From an uncultured Bacteriovoracaceae bacterium (GTDB taxonomy: Bacteria > Bdellovibrionota > Bacteriovoracia > Bacteriovoracales > Bacteriovoracaceae): a stretch of DNA of 13,236 nucleotides. Made by a program: the position numbers and the translations under genes. The stretch is from positions 1-13,236 of the forward strand of contig CAXGUD010000072.1 of NCBI GenBank assembly GCA_964012805.1, given 5' to 3'. Below the pieces are notes generated by a model. It saw nothing but the letters and a program-made list of their open reading frames with translations. It ran no database searches and was not told the DNA's origin. Shown here one piece after another: positions 8,729 through 13,236 of the stretch (within the stretch, counting starts at the first letter, position 1; each line of letters begins with the position of its first letter).

Positions 8729-10240
8729 TTAGGCTTTAACTTCCTCAGGTTTGATATCATTGTTTTCAAAGGAGCGATCCGAAAAAATTTGAACGAGATC
8801 TTTAAAAAAGGGCATATATTTACGAAGGAAAAGGAAGAGCATTCCAAATTGAATGGCCTGATCTGAGGATTGATAGCCAAATATGCCCACTGATGACATA
8901 AGAAAAGATGTCCAAAAGAAAAATATCCAAAAAAGAAATGATTCTTCTTTTTTCACTTTTTTAAATTGAAAGAGGCACATTAGAAATATTAGAAATAAAG
9001 GGCCCCAAAAAGGAAAAGTATAGATGATCCCTAAGGGGACTCCTAGTGCAAGGATAACATCTAGTAGATAAGCGTGGCCTGTAAAGCCATAATCATGAGA
9101 AAATGTACTTGTTTTAGGGAACCCGGCTCCTCTTAAAAGACTTTTGTTTTGACTATGATAAACAATCGCCGTATAAAACATTGAAAACCTATTTAAGTTT
9201 TCAATTCTATCCCCGATTGAAGCCGATTCGATTTTTTCAACATTTTCAACCTTATGCTTTTGAATTAAAGAATTAAAGCGTGACTTACCACCCTCTTTTA
9301 AAAAAGGCATTTTATAAACAAAAAGGAAGCACACTGAAAGAAGTGTGACAAAAATGAATAATTTTTGAAAATTAATCTTTGGAGAGTTTACCCAAAGGAT
9401 CCCTATAAACATTAGGGAAATGAAAGTTCCAATCATGCTTAGGATTTGTTGTAGGTAAACAAAAAAGAAGCTTATTAAAAAAAAGCCTATAAAAAATAAG
9501 GTATCTTTTTTCTTCTTAATAGAGGGAAAAAATCTAAAGAAGAAATAGAAAAGAGCTGGAAGCAGAAGCATAAATTTACGATTTGCTGGATTATCTAGTG
9601 CAAATAAAGCTGCTTTTGGGAATTTTAAGAGAGGGTCTGAAATAGGAAAAAGAAAGATTTTTTTTGCTACATCTAAAGGAATTCCTGCGCCGGCACCAAC
9701 TCCTACTTGAATATCTCTTGCCAAACCATCGGAGGAAACTTTTAGAATAACTGAATAGAGGAAACTGTGGGGGAGGTAGAGTAGGGTAATAAATATTGAA
9801 CTCATGGCCATAAACTTTATAAAAGTATCCTCTTCTTCCTTTTTAAAGGGTATGAAAATAAAAATAAGGCACCATGAAGAAATCACTATATTTTTTATAA
9901 ATTGGGTTGGGAAGTGACCTTGGGTTAGGTAATGACAAAGAGATATAAAAGCTCCTATCCCAAAATAATACCCACTGACCTTTAAGAAATTCGCACAGCT
10001 TTTTAAATTAATGACATGCCTTCTTTTTCTTATAAGATTCAAAATGAGGAGTGAAATAAACGAGAAAAGAAAAAGTCTGGAAAAAGTCAAGGGGACTCTT
10101 CCTATATCAAAATTAAAAGACGTTGAAAAAAAGGGAATGCCCAGAAGTAGATATATAGGAACGACAAGGATAGGTTTTTTTGAAGCCTTATAAGACCCAA
10201 GAATAATAAAAAAAACTCCCACTAAGAAAAGAAGCTCCAT
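8729..10240 (-). CDS. Polytopic membrane protein, probable O-antigen ligase/polymerase (WaaL/Wzy-like)
   Basis: Many Phe/Leu/Ile-rich TM segments with a large late soluble loop reading R..MFYTA...LLRGAGF...GHAYLLDVILALGVPLG, resembling the GxG...H.xY/F.....G..G pattern of Wzy_C/WaaL proteins. ATG at 10240 (AAGG 8 nt upstream) is preferred over TTG at 10246. The CDS is well supported; the function is moderately supported. Confidence 0.6.
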   Translation of the reverse strand: MELLFLVGVFFIILGSYKASKKPILVVPIYLLLGIPFFSTSFNFDIGRVPLTFSRLFLFSFISLLILNLIRKRRHVINLKSCANFLKVSGYYFGIGAFISLCHYLTQGHFPTQFIKNIVISSWCLIFIFIPFKKEEEDTFIKFMAMSSIFITLLYLPHSFLYSVILKVSSDGLARDIQVGVGAGAGIPLDVAKKIFLFPISDPLLKFPKAALFALDNPANRKFMLLLPALFYFFFRFFPSIKKKKDTLFFIGFFLISFFFVYLQQILSMIGTFISLMFIGILWVNSPKINFQKLFIFVTLLSVCFLFVYKMPFLKEGGKSRFNSLIQKHKVENVEKIESASIGDRIENLNRFSMFYTAIVYHSQNKSLLRGAGFPKTSTFSHDYGFTGHAYLLDVILALGVPLGIIYTFPFWGPLFLIFLMCLFQFKKVKKEESFLFWIFFFWTSFLMSSVGIFGYQSSDQAIQFGMLFLFLRKYMPFFKDLVQIFSDRSFENNDIKPEEVKA

Positions 10241-10273
10241 AATCAAAACCTTTAGAAAGGGTTTTTAATCATT

Positions 10274-10307
10274 AAGTCAATACTTTATGGGAAAGTCAAT
10301 TTATGGG
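10274..10307. repeat. Imperfect tandem direct repeat AAGTCAAT(ACT)TTATGGG x2
   Basis: AAGTCAAT at 10274-10281 and 10293-10300, each followed by TTATGGG (10285-10291, 10301-10307), in the gap between the HAD gene and the membrane-protein gene. Confidence 0.6.
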
Positions 10308-10312
10308 GTTTC

Positions 10313-10963
10313 TTAAAGGTTTTTTTCCAAGTTTCCTGGAATTTCTTTAAAGTTATTCATACGAAAGCAATCTATATCCTTAAAATAGTTGAGATTGTCG
10401 TTTGTTTCCCTTAATAGGAATAAAAGCTCACAATTTCTACTGGCCTCATAGTCAGTAAGGGCATCTCCTATGAAAAGAGACTCTTTTCTATCGAGATCAT
10501 GCTCTTTGGTTAACTGGTTGACCCAATCTGTTTTTTTCCCTGGAGTACCAAAAACTCCAAGAAAATAATGATCTAACTTTTTATACCTTACAATTTCTCG
10601 GAGTTCTTCTTGTGGAGTACCTGATATAACCCACATTCTTTTCTCTAATTTTTGGCACTTGTCTAGAAAATTAATGACTCCTTCAACATAACTAGAATTG
10701 ATGACTTCATTAAAGCAGAGTTCTCTAAACTTTTTGGCAAGCTCGTCAATCTGTTTTTGATTTGTTTTCCTTTCAAGGATTATCTCTTCAAAATATCTTA
10801 ACTTTTCAAAACGTGAAAGACCGCCATATTTTAAATGGTAATTGACAACTCTGTTGGCGACTTCTGCACCATATGGTTCGTAAAGTTTGAAAAAAGCATT
10901 AGTCTTGCTTTGCACAGAGTCTAAAATAACACCGTCGAAATCAAAAAAAATATTTTTTAGCAT
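10313..10963 (-). CDS. HAD-superfamily hydrolase (phosphatase, phosphoglycolate-phosphatase-like fold)
   Basis: Motif I FDFDGVILDS, motif II ISGT, motif III K (GKK), motif IV FIGDALTD; 216 aa. Confidence 0.92.
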   Translation of the reverse strand: MLKNIFFDFDGVILDSVQSKTNAFFKLYEPYGAEVANRVVNYHLKYGGLSRFEKLRYFEEIILERKTNQKQIDELAKKFRELCFNEVINSSYVEGVINFLDKCQKLEKRMWVISGTPQEELREIVRYKKLDHYFLGVFGTPGKKTDWVNQLTKEHDLDRKESLFIGDALTDYEASRNCELLFLLRETNDNLNYFKDIDCFRMNNFKEIPGNLEKNL

Positions 10964-10981
10964 CTTAAAATCTCTTTGTTA

Positions 10982-11020
10982 TTGAGAACGGAGTCCACCT
11001 CTAGTAAGATTATTCTACCA
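10982..11020. promoter_or_regulatory. Putative back-to-back divergent promoters (pseB on +, HAD cassette on -)
   Basis: Plus strand: TTGAGA (10982-10987), 17 nt, TAAGAT (11005-11010). Minus strand: extended -10 TG-G-TAGAAT (11020-11012). Confidence 0.5.
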
Positions 11021-11066
11021 AAAACTTAATTACTAGGTTTTTTTATTTTAGGGAGAGAGGTCCACT

Positions 11067-12089
11067 ATGATTGATGGAAGTACTATCTTGGTAACAGGTG
11101 GAACTGGTTCTTTTGGAAAAAAGTTTATTCAAAGAGTCCTTAATAATTATGATGTAAAAAAAATTATTATATTTTCGAGGGATGAGCTCAAACAATTTGA
11201 AATGATGAACGACCCTTGTTTTAAAGAGCACCTAGCTAGCAACCGAATGAGGTTTTTTATTGGTGACGTCAGGGATAAAGAAAGGCTTCATATTGCCTTG
11301 GACGAAGTTGACTTCGTTGTTCACGCTGCAGCTTTAAAACAGGTTCCAACCGCTGAATATAATCCAATGGAGTGCATTAAAACGAATGTCTTAGGGGCAC
11401 AAAACATCATCGATGCCTGTATGACCTCTAAAGTGCGGAGAGTGGTTGCCCTTTCAACTGATAAGGCGGCTTCTCCTGTTAATTTGTATGGGGCCACTAA
11501 ATTGTGTTCCGATAAACTATTCGTCGCTGCAAATAATATTGTTGGTAACCGCGACTTGAGGTTTTCTGTCGTGCGATATGGAAATGTCCTTGGGTCACGT
11601 GGTTCCGTGATTCCTTTCTTTCTTAATAAAATGAACGAAGGAACCCTCCCGATTACTGACGAGCGAATGACACGATTTAGTATTAGTTTAGAGGAAGGCG
11701 TTGATTTTGTTTTAAATGCTTTAATGAATGCCTGGGGGGGAGAGCTATTTGTTCCTAAGATTCCTTCCTATAAAATTACAGATGTGGCCAAGGCGATAGC
11801 TCCTTCTGCAAAATTTGTGATCTCAGGAATTAGGCCGGGTGAAAAAATACATGAGGAGATGATTACAGAAACGGACTCATTTAATACTTTGGATCTAGGC
11901 AACCACTACGTTATTTGTCCTTCAACGAATAATAGAAACCTCAATGTTGAAAAGTTTATTGATTTTTACCAGGCCAAAAAAGTACCCATCGGTTTTCGTT
12001 ATAACTCCGGAGAAAACGAGCATTTTCTGAGTGTCACGGAAATAAGAGAACAAATTAAAACCCATGTAGATCCTTCTCTGGAGGTCTGA
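11067..12089 (+). CDS. pseB: UDP-GlcNAc 4,6-dehydratase (inverting), first step of pseudaminic acid synthesis
   Basis: TGGTGSFG, FSRDELKQ, FIGDVRD, HAAALKQVPTAEYNP, ALSTDKA, NLYGATK, VRYGNVLGSRGSV, TDERMTRF, GIRPGEKIHE. GAGG RBS at 11057-11060. Confidence 0.95.
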   Translation: MIDGSTILVTGGTGSFGKKFIQRVLNNYDVKKIIIFSRDELKQFEMMNDPCFKEHLASNRMRFFIGDVRDKERLHIALDEVDFVVHAAALKQVPTAEYNPMECIKTNVLGAQNIIDACMTSKVRRVVALSTDKAASPVNLYGATKLCSDKLFVAANNIVGNRDLRFSVVRYGNVLGSRGSVIPFFLNKMNEGTLPITDERMTRFSISLEEGVDFVLNALMNAWGGELFVPKIPSYKITDVAKAIAPSAKFVISGIRPGEKIHEEMITETDSFNTLDLGNHYVICPSTNNRNLNVEKFIDFYQAKKVPIGFRYNSGENEHFLSVTEIREQIKTHVDPSLEV

Positions 12090-12090
12090 T

Positions 12091-13236
12091 GTGGTAATAG
12101 GATATGGGAAGCAAAGTATAGACCAAGGTGATATTGATGCCGTCACAAAAGTGCTGAAGTCAGACTTCCTTACACAGGGACCATCCGTATCTCATTTTGA
12201 AGAAGACTTTTCCAGAGAAATGGGATCAAAATTCGCCGTTTCTGTCTCGAATGCAACAGCTGCACTCCACCTTTCTTGTATGGCCATAGGTCTCGAAAAA
12301 AATCAAAAGGTGATCACTTCTCCTTTAACTTTTGCTGCGTCTGCTAACTGCGTACTCTATTGCGGTGGCTTAGTGGATCTTTGTGACATTGATCCCGTTA
12401 CCTACACAATGGATCTTTCTAAGCTTGAAGAAAAGCTCAAAAGGAGTCCGAAGGGAACTTACGCAGGCGTCATACCCGTAAGTTATGCTGGTCATCCAAT
12501 AGACGGTGAAAGACTAAAATATTTAGCGAAGGAATATAATTTTTGGGTCATCGAAGATAATTGCCATGCGCCAGGTTCTTCTTTTAGAGATCAAGCTGGA
12601 ACAATCAATAAAACAGGAAGCTGTAAATATGCGGACCTCAGCGTTTTTTCCCTCCATCCAGTGAAGCATATCGCTGCAGGAGAGGGAGGTGTTATTACAA
12701 CAAATAATAAAAGCCTCTATGAAAAATTAAAGCTTTTAAGGTCCCATAACATGGAAAAATCAAAGGATAGTTTATGGGAATATGATATAGAGTCTTTGGG
12801 TTATAATTACCGCTTAACTGATATTCAAGCCTCTTTAGCGACAACTCAACTGAAAAAACTAAAAGATTCTGTTAGGAGGCGGAACGAGATCGCTCGTTTT
12901 TATAATGAACAATTAAAGTTTTTTCCTCTCGTTCTTCCTAAAGCGAGGGAAGGCTTTTTTCACGCTTATCACCTTTATGCTGTCCAGGCTGAAAAGAGAA
13001 AAGAGCTCTATCTTTTTCTAAGAGAGCGTAAGATTTATACGCAAGTTCACTACATTCCTATTCATTATTTAAGCCTTTATAAAAAGAAAGGTTTCAAACA
13101 GGGAATGTATCCAATTGCCGAAAGTTTTTATGAGAAATGCCTCTCTCTCCCCATGTTTCCAACCTTAGAAGTTAAAGACCTTAAAAGAATTATTTCCTAT
13201 ATAAAAGAGTTTTATGAAAACAAAAAAAATTGGAAT
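12091..13236 (+). CDS. pseC: PLP-dependent UDP-4-keto-6-deoxy-sugar aminotransferase (DegT/DnrJ family), PseC; 3' end runs just off the window
   Basis: Manual translation from GTG 12091 (GGAGG at 12080-12084): MVIGYGKQSIDQGDIDAV..SDFLTQGP, SNATAALH, TFAASAN, IEDNCHAPG, FSLHPVKHIAAGEGG (PLP lysine), LGYNYRLTDIQA, QVHYIP, LSLPMFP. 382 codons with no stop before the window end. Directly follows pseB. Confidence 0.92.
   Translation, partial: MVIGYGKQSIDQGDIDAVTKVLKSDFLTQGPSVSHFEEDFSREMGSKFAVSVSNATAALHLSCMAIGLEKNQKVITSPLTFAASANCVLYCGGLVDLCDIDPVTYTMDLSKLEEKLKRSPKGTYAGVIPVSYAGHPIDGERLKYLAKEYNFWVIEDNCHAPGSSFRDQAGTINKTGSCKYADLSVFSLHPVKHIAAGEGGVITTNNKSLYEKLKLLRSHNMEKSKDSLWEYDIESLGYNYRLTDIQASLATTQLKKLKDSVRRRNEIARFYNEQLKFFPLVLPKAREGFFHAYHLYAVQAEKRKELYLFLRERKIYTQVHYIPIHYLSLYKKKGFKQGMYPIAESFYEKCLSLPMFPTLEVKDLKRIISYIKEFYENKKNWN
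13214..13236 (+). CDS. Possible start of the next gene (MKTKKIG...), overlapping the pseC 3' end
   Basis: ATG at 13214 in a different frame, with AAAGAG just upstream. Only 7 codons are visible, so no product can be assigned. Confidence 0.3.

Noticed and set aside
7739..10963. Dehydrogenase + HAD as serA/serB serine biosynthesis genes
   Set aside because: No ACT domain, the HAD lacks the SerB-type DxDST motif, there is no serC, and the context is glycan synthesis.
3127..11044. Recurring GG(G)TTTTT words in intergenic gaps (3127, 3261, 10259, 11036)
   Set aside because: Low complexity and also present within coding regions; cannot be distinguished from compositional bias.
7739..11066. Minus-strand cassette as an invertible segment or mobile element
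   Set aside because: No convincing flanking inverted repeats, target duplication, recombinase or transposase seen.
233..12146. Short alternative-frame and antisense ORFs (60-144 aa, e.g. 4698-5132, 8220-8549, 6948-7196, 3201-3383)
   Set aside because: They overlap well-supported genes, have no recognisable motifs, and look like shadow ORFs.
1171..13229. A8/T8 homopolymers as phase-variation tracts (e.g. near 1172, 1511, 9658, 10943, 13222)
   Set aside because: Expected at this base composition; all host frames are intact and there are no long G/C tracts.

Overview
AT-rich bacterial surface-polysaccharide (O-antigen/capsule/glycosylation) biosynthesis locus, truncated at both window edges. 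The plus strand carries a WbpO/TviB-type nucleotide-sugar 6-dehydrogenase (5' truncated), a WbpP/TviC-type 4-epimerase, a GT4 glycosyltransferase, a single 748-aa ORF fusing a non-hydrolysing UDP-GlcNAc 2-epimerase (WecB) to a UDP-ManNAc dehydrogenase (WecC), a WbuB-like GT4, and a WecA/MraY-family initiating transferase. A three-gene block on the minus strand follows (HAD hydrolase, divergent 12-ish-TM O-antigen ligase/polymerase-like protein, D-2-hydroxyacid dehydrogenase). The plus strand then resumes with pseudaminic-acid genes pseB and pseC; pseC is absent from the ORF track because it runs off the edge. The most notable items are the WecB-WecC fusion, whose junction may retain traces of two formerly overlapping genes, and the oppositely oriented cassette, which appears to share a bidirectional promoter with pseB. 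No RNA genes, CRISPR arrays or mobile elements were seen. All calls come from motif recognition by eye; no database searches were run.
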